Source: the human T2T-CHM13v2.0 reference genome, Homo sapiens. From it: a stretch of 64,000 nucleotides of DNA. The notes beneath the pieces are model-generated. The model did not search any database, was not told where the DNA came from, and worked only from the letters and a program-made list of their open reading frames with translations. The stretch is from assembly GCF_009914755.1 (NCBI RefSeq), contig NC_060935.1. One strand, 5' to 3'. The position numbers and the translations under genes are program-made. Positions 11,666-24,568 of this stretch are shown one piece after another; positions within the stretch are counted from its first letter, which is position 1; every line of letters begins with the position of its first letter.

Positions 11666-13057
11666 AGAAAGTGAAAAATTCCAAAATTCTGACTATAATC
11701 ACAAAATGGCAGTATAAAGTGTTCTGAGATAAAGTGGATAGCGGGATGCCATTTCATGACATTGACCACAAGGTAAAAAAAATAGATGGTAGGAAGCCCA
11801 ATAGGTAACAATGATTACAGAGGCGCCACCATAGGAATGAGAAGGAAAGGGAATGGAAGTTGAGCTAAGGAGCAGTGTCAGATACTGTAGATGTCTCTCC
11901 CTTAAACTGGACTTCTGCAACAGCTCTTATCAATTCCCCTGCTATTCTTTCCCAGGCGACTTCTAATACCCTCATGGAGAAGTGCTCTTGCAGGTTGCCA
12001 CTCAGAGTTACCAGGCATTCCCAGATAAACTGAAGCCAGAAGCAGGCTCAGCATTGGCTCAAGCTCGAAGCTCCCACTGTGGAACAATCTTAGGAGCCTG
12101 TAGGAAAAAGCCGTTCCATCCTGTGGTGGTCATAGAAGAATATAAGGGGAAGGGGCCTTTAAAAGTTACAGCAAGGGTATTCTGACCTCTTGAAGGACAT
12201 TGGCACTTTTGTTTTCATTTTAAGTGAGTGCATTTGGCTTTTTCCCTCTACGTCCTTTTAGAGTCCCAGGCTAAGCAGAGAACAGAAAGGCAACTCATAA
12301 CCCAGGGACAGAGCACTGGATACGTTGTGGAAAAAGCTCCTCTATACAGTGACAAACAATAGGATGTTGCACGATGCTTTCTTCCAACTAATAGGTTCTG
12401 AGCAGATCAGGCCCAGGGTGGGAGATAATCTGAGGCAACTACAGATTCTTGGGGAAAGACCTGGGTGAAATGTGAATTCTTCTTGGCTTCAATAGCCTAT
12501 AATAAAAATAATGACAACAATCATAGAACCAGAGGTCATAAGCTTTGTCAAAACAGGCTTGTTGGTCTTTTTCAAAAAATTTTTTTTACCATTATAACAA
12601 GCAGTAGTGCTCAATAAATATTTGTTGAATAGACAAATGAAAAAAATTTATAATACTGACTTGACAGATATAGAGTAGGTGTGTAAGGAAAATGTGAGAC
12701 ATTCTTACTTTCTGCGCAGATGAAACTGACCTTGGTAAAAAATCTGCCCCTCTGGGATCTCTAGAATACATTGATGGGTGGTAGGAGAAGCATTCCTGGA
12801 GTGTTTTATACCTGTTGTCACCTGGGATTCGGGATTGGGGCAGAAGTAGGGAGATATAAGTAAGTACTTAGAAAAGAGATTCTTAAACCCTTTCTGTACA
12901 ACAAAACTCCCTTGAGGTTCTGGGCAAAGTATGATCCCTATGCCCTGGAATATTAACATGCACACAGAGGAAGCGTGGGGTGAGTAGTAAAAGAATGTCA
13001 CCTATGACCTATATTAATCACTGATTCCCTTTTTCTCTTTCTCTTTCCCTTTCTCTA

Positions 13058-13267
13058 CAACAAGGTTTCTCTACCCTGCCACTATTGACATTTTCGGCCA
13101 GGTAATTCTTTGTTATGATAGGGAAGATGCTTGCCCGTGTACTGTAGGATTTTTCACATCATCCCTGGCCTCTATCTACTGGGTACCTGTAGCACTTCCC
13201 TAGTCATGAGACTCAAAAACGTCTTTACACGTTGGGGGCAGACTCACCCAAGTTGAGAACCACTGCT
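13058..13267. mobile_element. MER20 (hAT-Charlie)
   Basis: CACTATTGACATTTTCGGCCAGGTAATTCTTTGTT...CATCCCTGGCCTCTA...GTTGAGAACCACTG. Confidence 0.85.
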
Positions 13268-13340
13268 CTACTGTTTTATGTGAGAACTGTTGGTCCTCAT
13301 ATGACTTACCAGCCAGGTAAGGCTGGGACCCTGGACCTAA

Positions 13341-13751
<411 letters not shown>

Positions 13752-15129
13752 TAAATGTGCTTCTTCCTTTAAGTGTCGAATGCTGTCATACACATTTGAC
13801 TTTATTGCTTCAGAGGATTGGATAGCACCCAGTTCATGATGGGCAACTCAGGTCCCGTGGGCACTTGGTATCTCATGGTTAGGCATTTAGTCTCTGCCAT
13901 GGCCCTGTAGCAAGCCAGGAACAGCTTCTCAGAAGAAGAATAAATGTTAACAAAGAGGGCTGCTGGAGGGCTGCACTGTGATTCTCCTCCTGGGGCTTCC
14001 AGAGGTCCCATACTGCCTCCTTGACCACAGACACTTAGGGCAAGGTTGGCTGGCTTTACTGAGTCAAAGTCCCCAATGGCAGGGCTGCTTGCTCCTTGCC
14101 ACTTATTTTCTGGGTCCCATTCCCAGCTCACTGCCTTACAGTTCCTTGGTAAATGGGTCAGAGCAGCATGCCTGTTGTGATGTGAGCTGCCTGCAAAACC
14201 CAGAGAGGCTCAGGGCTATCCCATGAGGAGAATTAGAGCAACTGAGAAATACATCCTCAACTGCTTCCTGCTCCACAGGTCCAGGGTATGCATCTACCTT
14301 GAGCTACAACGATTTCCGCTAAAGTTTCTTTTGGGAGCTGTGGAACGCTAATCACTGCCTCAGAGGGAGAACTGGCTGGCAGCCCTCTGCCGGGTTATTT
14401 TCCTGATGCCTTGTTCTCCTGCATCAATCAATTATTCACATTTGTTTTCTCCAGCTTGTTAATTAAACACAGATACTGTGTCTGTGTGTTTCAGTGCCTG
14501 AGTTGTCACAGCACCTAATTTGCAAGAAAACATAGTTAGGCTGGATTCCCTTTTCCCGGCTCTCTGTGTGTGGCGGGTGACTCTGAAACTTCTCACTGGG
14601 TTGCACCTCTCCAAGCACCGGCAGTAACTGAATGTGTAGACGAGGACCCTGCAGTCAACCTTCCTGGGGTTCCGGGAATCCTCGCCTATGGTGTTCCAAA
14701 AGATCCTGGAGGAGACACAGAAAATCCAGTTTGTGGGGAAAGAATGCGTTCCATTGTCGAGGAACTTCAGTTGCTAGAAAGCTGCTTCTCAGATTGAACT
14801 TTGCAGAGTCAGGCTTGCCAGTCAGCACTCAAGTGCCAGTCTATTCCCTCTTGGGTATTTTGATTTCAATTAGGAGACCTTGTTTATTGTGTTAAGGTCT
14901 CAAGTGTTTAGCTTCCCAAAGACATGTTTAGTCGTAAGGAAAAAATCTTTCTTTAAAATATCGAGCTCTCTATTAAAAACAAATGAAAAACACAGAAAGA
15001 AAAAAACGGAACAAAAAATATCAAATAAAACCCAACCATTATTCCTTGAATAAAATGGATCTTTCCCCCTAAATTTTCAATATTAAGTTTAAATCTTTTT
15101 GGATTATGGGCATAGCTTTGGGGATTCAG

Positions 15130-15636
<507 letters not shown>

Positions 15637-16449
15637 TCAATATATGACTGCTTTCTGAAAACCAAAGAGGCAGCCTTAGTTTGTTGAGCAGTTTTTCTTC
15701 TCTACTCCTGAAACAGAACTACACGGGTCACCTGCCTTTGCCAGAATGAAGAAACCCTCACTTCCGAATGGTACAGTAAATTTTCTCTCTACTTGACTTT
15801 CTCTTTCTCACGACTGTCTTTTTTAATTTTTGGTAAAAACTTACTCTAAGCTTAATCTTTTCCAAAGTTACTTATTTGAGTTTGTCCACTAGAGTCCTCA
15901 TAAGAACCAGCCCTACAGGTTGGTAATAAAGCCTCAGTTTACTCTGGACACCACTGTTTTCTCAAAGGGCTAGGACTCCTTGCAGAACGGCATGTGGACA
16001 GCACATTCAGACAAGACCTAATAAGGGCATTGAACGTCACTCAATAGTAAGCACTGGCCGTGTACGTACCAAACACTGCGTTAGCAGGTGGATTTCATAT
16101 CCATACAGAGTTGCGTTGAATAGTTTTTTGAATGTATGTGGAGGCATATGTAATATATTGCAAGTAAATGAAAAACAAGAAGAGATATTTAAGAAGTAGT
16201 TTTGCCAGTGGGTCAAGGATCTCAGGCCGCAGAACTGTCCATTAGTCCTGAAGCTTTCATCAGTCTCTGAAGACAACACAGCCACTATCTGGGAACATCA
16301 TTAGCCTCAAAGAGGTCTCCTCCTGCCTTTTGGAGTTTTATGAATGTCCATCCTCCTGCAAGGTGACTTTGAGAGCTTGGCCAGGGACCTGTGCTCTTTT
16401 GTCAGTGTGCATGAACTTGATATGTCCTTAAAAATATGTATATGTAATG

Positions 16450-16640
16450 TTGCCTGTTGAGTACCTCCTCACAGCCAGGAACTTGTGATCAATTACATCT
16501 CATTTTCCTAACCCCCTGTGAGCAATAGTATGCCTCTTTTTCAGATGAAGAAAGTGAGGCAGTGCAGAAGTTAAGTAACTTGCTAAGGTCATATAATAAG
16601 TGGCAGAACTGGATTCAACCCTGGGTTGGCTTAACTCTCT
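16450..16640 (-). mobile_element. MIR
   Basis: TTTCAGATGAAGAAAGTGAGGC..GTTAAGTAACTTGCTAAGGTCA..AAGTGGCAGAACTGGATTCAA. Confidence 0.8.
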
Positions 16641-16991
16641 TTGTTCTTCTCCTTCCTTCTTTTGTGCTCCAGAATGATCAACTTAAAGAACCCTAGGGTT
16701 GTCTGTTGTAGAAATCAACTCTTTAATCATCAGCAGCTGCATTTCTCCTGGGATGCTCTGGTGGAAATGGCTGCACAGCACACTCTCTTCTGGTCCACTG
16801 GTCTACATGGGAGAGATGGAGGTCAGGGCATTGCCTCCTATGGATAGAGATCCCCAGGGCTGACACGGGGGCAGTTCTACTGGGGTTGGATATGTGCTTC
16901 ATGATGACTGCCGTGACATAGCTACAAGATATCTACAGCCACCCTAAGGCCAACAACGTCAGTTAAGTGCCTGGCCTAACTGCTTTCCAGA

Positions 16992-17031
16992 GGGTCAGGG
17001 TTTGGGGGGTTGGGGTGGGGTGGCTGGTGGG
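16992..17031 (+). other. G-quadruplex-forming motif
   Basis: Six tracts of three or more G with short loops: GGGTCAGGGTTTGGGGGGTTGGGGTGGGG...GGG. Confidence 0.6.
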
Positions 17032-17849
17032 AGTAGGAGAGGATCACGTTATTTTCTGCAGATCCCACTGCTCTCTCTTGCTTCCTATTGTCTCCGCTGA
17101 GTGACATTTGCACCAGCTGCTTCCAAAGGGAGTCGCTTTGGTGAAATGTCACCGGCTTCAGCGGGGATGGCCCTTCTCCATCCTTCATTTCTTCCCCTAA
17201 TCCTCCCTTCCACCCCTCAAGTGCCTTTTTTATTTTGAAAGGACACTGCCTGGAAATTCAATTGCAGGAAAAAGTAATTACATTTTCTCTTCAGGTGTGC
17301 CTCTCAAAAAGCCTTCAAATCATCTCCGGCCAAAGCACTGGGATTATTCCAAAGGGAAACAGGTATTAGTGGCAGCTTTGACGGCTTCCCTCTCTGGGTC
17401 TCACTGCTGCTTTTCTCCATGCTTAGGGCCACAATGACAGAGTGGTCGATTGCTTTGCCTCCCTCCCTTCTGCCACCCTCTCCCAGCAGAGGTCAAGGTC
17501 TCATTCAATGTCACACAAATAGTAAGTGGTGGGGCTCACCTGGCTTTGCAGCTGGGTCTGTTCAACTCCACAGCTATGCTTTTAATAACTTTGCTATGCA
17601 ATTGCAGTGACTATATTTGCAGAACCAAAAATTGAGAGGCATGATCTGACAAATATTTTCAATTCCTGATTTATTGCTTTTTTTTTCCAAATTTTTAACA
17701 TGAAAAGCCACACAAAGGTACAAAAATGAAATCACGTTTTGTTACGCACACATCTAAGTAACATGATCATTATTGGAAAGAAGAAATTACATAAGATTGA
17801 AATTGTCCCAATCTTATATTGGGAAATCCAGCTCATAGAGTTGCTATTT

Positions 17850-18045
17850 GGTGAGAATTGCACTTGACCAGGAGCTAAGAGTCTTAGGTTCTGGTCCAGG
17901 TTTGACTTTTAACCAGTTGTGTTTTCTTGATTAATTTACTTCACCCCTCTGGGCCTTATTTTCTCAGTTGGTGAAGTGAGAGAGAATTGGCTCAGATGAT
18001 GTCTCAGGGCCTTCCCAGGGCCTTCCTAGCACTGATGTTCAATGG
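17850..18045 (+). mobile_element. MIR3/MIR fragment
   Basis: TTACTTCACCCCTCTGGGCCTTATTTTCTC...AGATGATGTCTCAGGGCCTTCC. Confidence 0.6.
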
Positions 18046-18554
18046 CCTTGTAATTCTAGGTATAGACTTCATCGGGGCTGTCAGCGACACACAGATGAGA
18101 TCCTTCCTTTGGAAATGAGTTTTGTTCCTCTCCTGCTTTAGATTAATCCTGACAACATCTGAATCCAGCCCTTTGTTGTCTGGAACCCTCTCATGTTCCC
18201 TGGGAGCCTACTATTTTTTATAGGCTGAACGCTGGGAACATATTTTTCTGATTTTTCCAGGAAAATGATCTCTGTTTGGACTCAGCTCATTGCTTGCTTC
18301 TTTCCCTTTCTTCAACCTAGACCCCCACCTTCTTCTGTCTACCCTCCCCTGCACATCTCAGCCCCTCCCTTCCTGCTGCTTCTAATCGATGCCTCCCCAG
18401 TATCTCCTGCTCTCTTTTGCATTTCAGTCATTCTCTGCACATAAATCGAGGTTCAGCATTCCCTGTATGGAAAGGGACAAGAAAACAAGGCCAGCCATGC
18501 TTGGCTCGACTGTCGCTGCACAGCCATCTCTCTTCCCCTCCCATCTTTTCCTTT

Positions 18555-19450
18555 CCTCCCCATTGCATTTAAGTTTTTCTGCACTTTCCACACATCTGAG
18601 ACTGTGCTGTTGAAGATAACCAGAGAGTCTATTCTTGAAGCCCAATAGCAGTTTCTCCTGGCTTTCCCTGACCTTTCTGCAGCTTCTGGCACTGGCACCT
18701 TTACCCTTTGAAACACTCATAACTGGCTTCAATTCTCACTACACTGTCCGACTCTGTCTCCTTCATTTTGTACTCATCCTTTATAAGTGGACATGTCAGA
18801 GGTCCTGACTCTGACTCATTTTCTACCCTTTCTCTGAGATTTCACCTATCCTTGTTGCTTCTACTAAATCTCTTTGAGGTTTGACATCAAGTTTCTATCA
18901 GCCCCATGCACATCTTCATTTGGGTGTTCCATTATCACCTTACTCAACATGTTTGCAAGAAACTTACCATCCTCAATCAAAACCCGCTTCTCCTCTAGAT
19001 TTCCCACTGCTGTCGATTTTCTGTCAGTTAAGTGGGTTTGAAATCTAGTCAATGTCCCTCAATCCACTTTCTTCCTCACCCACTCCTCCAACCAGTCACT
19101 GCAACTGATCTATTTGTTATCCATACGTCTCTTACATACGTCTGCATACGTCCCTCCTATTTCCACTGCTACCTTCCCGATTCTGATTCACACAAAGAAT
19201 CTCTTTACTAGTCTTTAATTTCTTGATTCTCCAACCCATCCTATTTTCCTCTATGCCAATACCCTTCCGAAAATATCACTTTGCACATTTCTCTGTATCC
19301 TTCTGCTTCCTGTGTTCTCAATCACTAAACAAACTTTCAGAAGTTCCCAGAATAACACCCCAAACTCTCAGGCTGACATTGAAAGGCATCCAAAAAGTGG
19401 CCCTAATCTATTCTATTCTCACTTCTCATTAGTTCCCACATAAATACAAT
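18555..19450 (+). mobile_element. L2 ORF2 (RT) region fragment
   Basis: Degenerate ETALLKVT / DLSAAFDT-like coding remnants (GAGACTGTGCTGTTGAAGATAACC; GACCTTTCTGCAGCTTCTGGCACTG) plus downstream L2 motifs. Confidence 0.7.
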
Positions 19451-21264
19451 TTCCTGTAGATAAAAACATATACTTTGTCTGCCCTTTTGTTTATCTAGAG
19501 CTTGCTCCTTCTCAGTCCCATGTGCTTGGGCAAGAAAATGGGCCTCCATGAGTGTGATTCTGCACCTATAAAATGGTCATGATCCCTTCTCTGATTTCCT
19601 TTGGGGGGTTGTGAGGATGAAATTTACTTATTCAAGAAGCATTTACTGGAGAGGTCCTGGGGACTGGCAAAGATAAATAAGTTACCATCTCTCCCCACTA
19701 GGTTGCCCAGGTAATTTGAGGAAGCATACACTTAAAAAACCCACATTGTCTGTAGGATGGGGTGAGCAAGAGTTCGCTGGCACGCACACTGTGCCCCAGC
19801 TTGGCCCCACTCCACCAGCCTGAGTCCTGCTCAGCTCCCTTCTAAGCCACCCTCCATCAAGGACTACCTGTCCTCCTCCCTTTCCTCAGGGCCCAGCTCT
19901 CTCTAATGTGAAAATGAGTGATAATGGATGCTAATTTAATGTGTTACTTCTTCCAGGTGACATATTTACATTTTAATAGCAGAAAATTCAAAGGAGGATA
20001 TTTTAAGCACTGTGGCAGTGGGTGGGGACATATTTTGAGTTAGGGAGGATTTGGGGGACCTTAAATCACACTGGATAGGCACCCACTGATTCTACCTCCT
20101 AGGATTGGCTGCCCTCGGGAGTCCAGAGATGAGGATCGCCTCCCTGGGCTGTGCCCCCTCCGTATCTGATGGGAGTACTACAGAGTGTCGGACTCCCGGG
20201 GCAATGATGGATGAGACATCTGCTCCATGATGGGCTATTACCAACAATTCATTACTGCAAAATGGATTTACCCTAATTAGCCCAGGAGCTCTGAGTTTAA
20301 TGTGGCATTCTGCAATCTCACAGATTCTGCTGCACACATTGAAGGGGTGCATCACATTTTACAGAGCCAAGAAACCTGAACTACAGAAAACAATGGAGAT
20401 TTAGCATGCCTCTTGAATTAGTTGACATATTTACTCTTCATGAATAAGCCTGTTTTGTAGACAAACACTGTAGCTCACAGTCTCATTATTAGAAATTAAT
20501 TCGCTCCACTGCTCTGCCCAAGGGCACAGTTCTCCTTGGGGAACAGTTTTGCCCTTATCATGCTAGTGCTTGCAGTAGGTGACTGGGTTTCTGAAGTTCT
20601 GGCCTGGGAATGTTTCTCTAGGGGCAGTTCTGGGAAATGGGCTGAGTCTGTAGGTCTCTGCAGGCCCTTCATCATGAGTCACCTGTGTGAAATTTGCACC
20701 TTCTGCATGGGAGCATTTGGGAAGATTTCTTTTTCCCTTTGTAATATGTCCCAGCAAAACCATCATCATATATCCACAGTTTGGGGAAGAGTGAATTATC
20801 CAGAACAGTATTCACTTCAAATAATGTGTGACAGACACAGTGTCAATTTCCTAAACTTCTGATATTATAGGTACTGCTGTTGATGCATGAACTCCCTGCC
20901 CGGGTTTAGCTTATCCTTGGGAAATTACCCAGCCATTTGTCACATCCTCACAAATGACAGTTCTTCTGGGCTTCTTTTTCTCCAATAGCTCCGGGATCTC
21001 TGAGGTCTCTTCTAGATAGAAGATTCTATGTTGCCATCTCCCAAATCAGCAACTGGGGGATTTTTTTTAAAACCCAGGCCCCAAATTGCAGATGTCCCAC
21101 CTCAATGCTGGTGGTAATGGTGGATGAGGGAGATAACATTTTGGGGGCCAAAGCACAGTCATTACTTTCTTTTTTCCCTTAGGAGTTAAACTTGCTAATT
21201 CATTTCTCTCACTCTGTTAGGTCTCACAAATACAGGCAGTAACCTGTCTTCAGGCTTAAAAGTG

Positions 21265-21500
21265 CTTATTCATTTAGCCATTTATTCCTTTCACAAATAT
21301 TTATTGAATGCTCATTAAGTGCAAAGCACTCTGTTAGGTGCTGGGGTTGTACTGGACATGGGGTTTCCCCTAAACAGCAAGAGACTGTTTAGCTCCAGCA
21401 CAGACACAATCCAATTAGATTTTTTTATCAAGTACTTGTTATGTATTTGTAGTGGATCAGGCCCTGGGGTACAGGAAACCCAGACACTCCCTGAAAGGTA
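21265..21500 (-). mobile_element. L2 3' end fragments
   Basis: CAAATATTTATTGAATGC...CACTCTGTTAGGTGCTGGGG. Confidence 0.65.
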
Positions 21501-21953
21501 CTCACGCCAGGCACACATGCTGTTCTCTGAGGTCAGATTAAGACGAAAGCTTTTGTGCGTAGTATTTTTTCTTCTCTCACACAGCCGGCTTCTTTCCTGC
21601 TTAGTGAAGGGGACTCCCAGCCCACCTTTCCAGACCACATTTCCATTAGGATGCTCATTCTAGATTTTGGTGATTTCCCATCTGGATTACATGGAACTAT
21701 TGGGAAAATGTCCTTACTTTTCAGCAGAAATTTTTATCAGCTGTCTCACCAGCTTAAGCGTTCTTTCTCACCACCAACTTTCTATTCATTTTTATATTCC
21801 CATCCTTATCCTGATAGAAAAATCAAGGATCCTGTATAATTTCCACTTAGAACAGGCTGTGTGACTTGGGGCAAGTTTTTATCGTTCTCCTCCCTTTCCT
21901 CAGAGAAAGGGAGGATCCTGTATAATTTCCAAGGATCCTCCTGTATAATTTTC

Positions 21954-22136
21954 ATGGACATTTGGGTTGTTTCTACTTTTTGTCTATTATGAATAAGGCT
22001 GCTATGAACAGTCATATAGAAATTTAGGTTTTCACTTCTCTCGGGAGGAGTAGAATTGCTGGGTCACAGGGTGATTCTATGTTTACCATTTGGTGGAAAT
22101 GCCAGACTGCGTCATTTCACATTTCTACCAGCAATT
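21954..22136 (-). mobile_element. L1M fragment
   Basis: ATGGACATTTGGGTTGTTTCTACTTTTTGTCTATTATGAATAAGGCTGCTATGAAC...AGTAGAATTGCTGGGTCA. Confidence 0.8.
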
Positions 22137-22169
22137 GGTCATTAATTCTCCATCAAGGCAGTGACCAGC

Positions 22170-23130
22170 CACTCTCTCTGAAGAGTATAAGGAAAAGAAG
22201 CTACAGTTCCCACTCCTGTTGCTGGTTTTAGGCCGTAACGAATATTCATTGCTCAACCACCTCCATGACTGATTCTAGATTTCTCTCACCTCTAGCTAGG
22301 TTGCTTTTCCAGTGGGTTGCTGAGTATGCTTTTCAACTTTAAAGTGCATTGAATCACCTGAGAATTGTGTTAAAATGCAGAATCTGATTCAGTGGTCTGG
22401 GGAGGGACCTGGGCTTCTGCATTTCTAGAAGCTCTCAGGTGGTGTTGATGCTGCTTGTCCGTGGGCATGTTTGGGTAGCAAAGAACTAGGCTATGTTTAC
22501 CCTTGCTTGCCATTCCCTTGCTAAACCATGGTTGCTGCAATTGCCCCTTTATAGTTTTTGCTGGGTTTCAAGCACCTAGAAAAGCCCCACTGAAACCCCT
22601 GGGTTCTAGAAAGAATCTTTCCTCCTCCTGTTGTGCAGCCACAACTCTAGCTTCTTCTGGTAATCAGGGTTATTAATCCCACCAGTATGATAACTCCTGT
22701 GTTGTCCATTAGCATGAGGTGTGCCAAGTGACTAAGTGGTAGTCAGCTTTAAGTTCAGTGGAACCTCACTGGCAGAAGAGTTTCTTCCCTGACAACCAGA
22801 CCTCTTATCCAGCAGGGTCCAGGCTATAGACTGCACAAATTCTGAGTGAGTGGGAAGGATGATGAGAGAGACAAGTCCTACATCCACTCCTTGGTTCCCA
22901 GACTGTGTATCCCTGCTGTTTGGGACACAGCACCATATACAATGCCAACATCATTCATTGCTCAGTGCACATACCACATCACCAGTGATTGTGTCCTAAC
23001 CCTTTGGTGTGTTGTTACAGGGCAGGTGCCTTTGCTCATTCTGCCATTCCTTCAGGATGCTGCTTCTGGATGATGGGGGCCTTAGTAAGACTGGTGAATT
23101 CCATGATCACACATGCATTGTGTGGTAAAG
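22170..23130 (-). mobile_element. Ancient ERVL-class internal pol fragment (integrase C-terminus and dUTPase-like region)
   Basis: Broken minus-strand frames give PHHPEAA, YGAVSQTAGIH, GNQGVDVG, VPLNLKL, PDYQ and LHN, all resembling ERVL pol motifs. Confidence 0.75.
22322..22485. mobile_element. MER5A
   Basis: GAATCACCTG..TGTTAAAATGCAGAATCTGATTCAGT..CTGCATTTCTA..GATGCTGCT. Confidence 0.8.
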
Positions 23131-23924
23131 TGGCCCTAGGAGCCAGCATTGGTGACTGGGTGGCTGTTGGGTGAAGCTGGTTACCATAGAACTGCTGTCT
23201 GGTCACAGCAGTGCAGAGCTGGTCACTGGTGACAATAGAGGTGGAACAGTGGTAAAGGGCCCAAGACAGATGAGGCTGAGGGGATCTGAGAAGATGCATA
23301 AGAAGAGTCTCATACAGAGGGCTTGTGGCTTAGAAAGCAAAATACAAACACAAGGCAGAAGAGACACTGACCTCCATGGGAGTTTCAACCTAGTTAGGGT
23401 GGAGGGGTGAGCATGGCGTGGAGTAGGTGAGGGGCTTTCAAGCACAGGTACGACAGAACCTGGTCTTGCAGGTCATGCGGACACGAGACTGGTGGAAACG
23501 GGAAAGTATTCCAGATGGTCATGGGCAGTGTCAAGAAGAACCCAGATGTGGGAGTGCATGAGTTTATTTAGGGGCTTGAACACAGACAAGTTTGGAGCTG
23601 GTTTGTGGGAAGGAATAATAAAATAATTTTAGTAGTGATAGGTAACTTTTATTGAGCCTGTATTGTATGCCTGACACCATTCTGAACTCTTACATGGATT
23701 ACCTTATTTAAACCTCACAACTACTCCTTAAGGAGACAAGGTCAGTATTTGGGGGTATTTTGAAGAACCATCCAAAGAGTTGGGTCTTTACCATTGCCAA
23801 ACTAGCACTGGAATAGCTGTGGGCCCCATGAAGACAGGGCCAATTTCTTGCTAACTTTTATATGCTTCGTTCTTTATATAGAGCCTGGCAAATGGGAAAG
23901 TATCCATGATATCACTGAATGTTA

Positions 23925-24180
23925 CTAACAGCTATCCCTAACAATGCCCTCAGTGTATACCAGGCACTGTTGAAAGTGCTTGACATGGAAGAAGTTATTT
24001 AATCCTCACATAATCCTGTAAGGTAGGCACTAGTATTATACCCATTTTACAGATGAGAAAGTTGAGGCACAGAGATATTAAGTGACTTGTCCAAAGTAAC
24101 AAAGAAAGAGGGGGCCAATGCCGGGCTTTGGACTCACATAGTCTGGCTTTAGAGTCCACACATTTAGTTAGTATGCCACA
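23925..24180 (-). mobile_element. MIR, near full length
   Basis: TTTAATCCTCAC..CCCATTTTACAGATGAGAAAGTTGAGGCACAGAG..AAGTGACTTGTCCAA. Confidence 0.9.
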
Positions 24181-24501
24181 TGGCCTCTCAAAAACCATTT
24201 AGGAGAAAGATTTGGAAATTCTATTGGAAATTAAATGATGGGGAAGGTTTTAAGCCTGGGTTGGTGGGAAGACAGGTGAACAGTTGTTTTAGGGGGTAAG
24301 AGGATGTACTTCATTGGGTCATCTATGGTCTCTCTGTTTCCTCCAGAGAGAAGGCATATGCTTCAGGCCTCAAGTATCAGCAGACGTGCAGCTCTGAACA
24401 TCAGTAGGTGGTTTGTGTGTACATGTTTTCTCTTTTTTTCCCTACAGTGTATTTACACTCAAGATTGAGATAAACATCCATTTGCTTTAACACATGTGAA
24501 A

Positions 24502-24568
24502 ATACCTTAGCAACTTCCTGCAGCTCTGGTCTGTTGCTAAGCAGTGACCCTACTGCTACCATGGCAAC
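24502..24568. promoter_or_regulatory. Candidate RFX X-box cluster (three sites)
   Basis: ATACCTTAGCAAC, GTTGCTAAGCAGT and GCTACCATGGCAAC within 67 bp; motif match only. Confidence 0.45.

Noticed and set aside
14570-14797. 75-aa acidic ORF as a coding exon
   Set aside because: GTG start, no recognisable homology and no convincing flanking splice pair; kept only as a regulatory candidate
21826-21954. Repeat-spacer-repeat pattern as a CRISPR-like array
   Set aside because: Primate DNA, only three irregular copies, the spacer is a MIR fragment, and there are no cas genes
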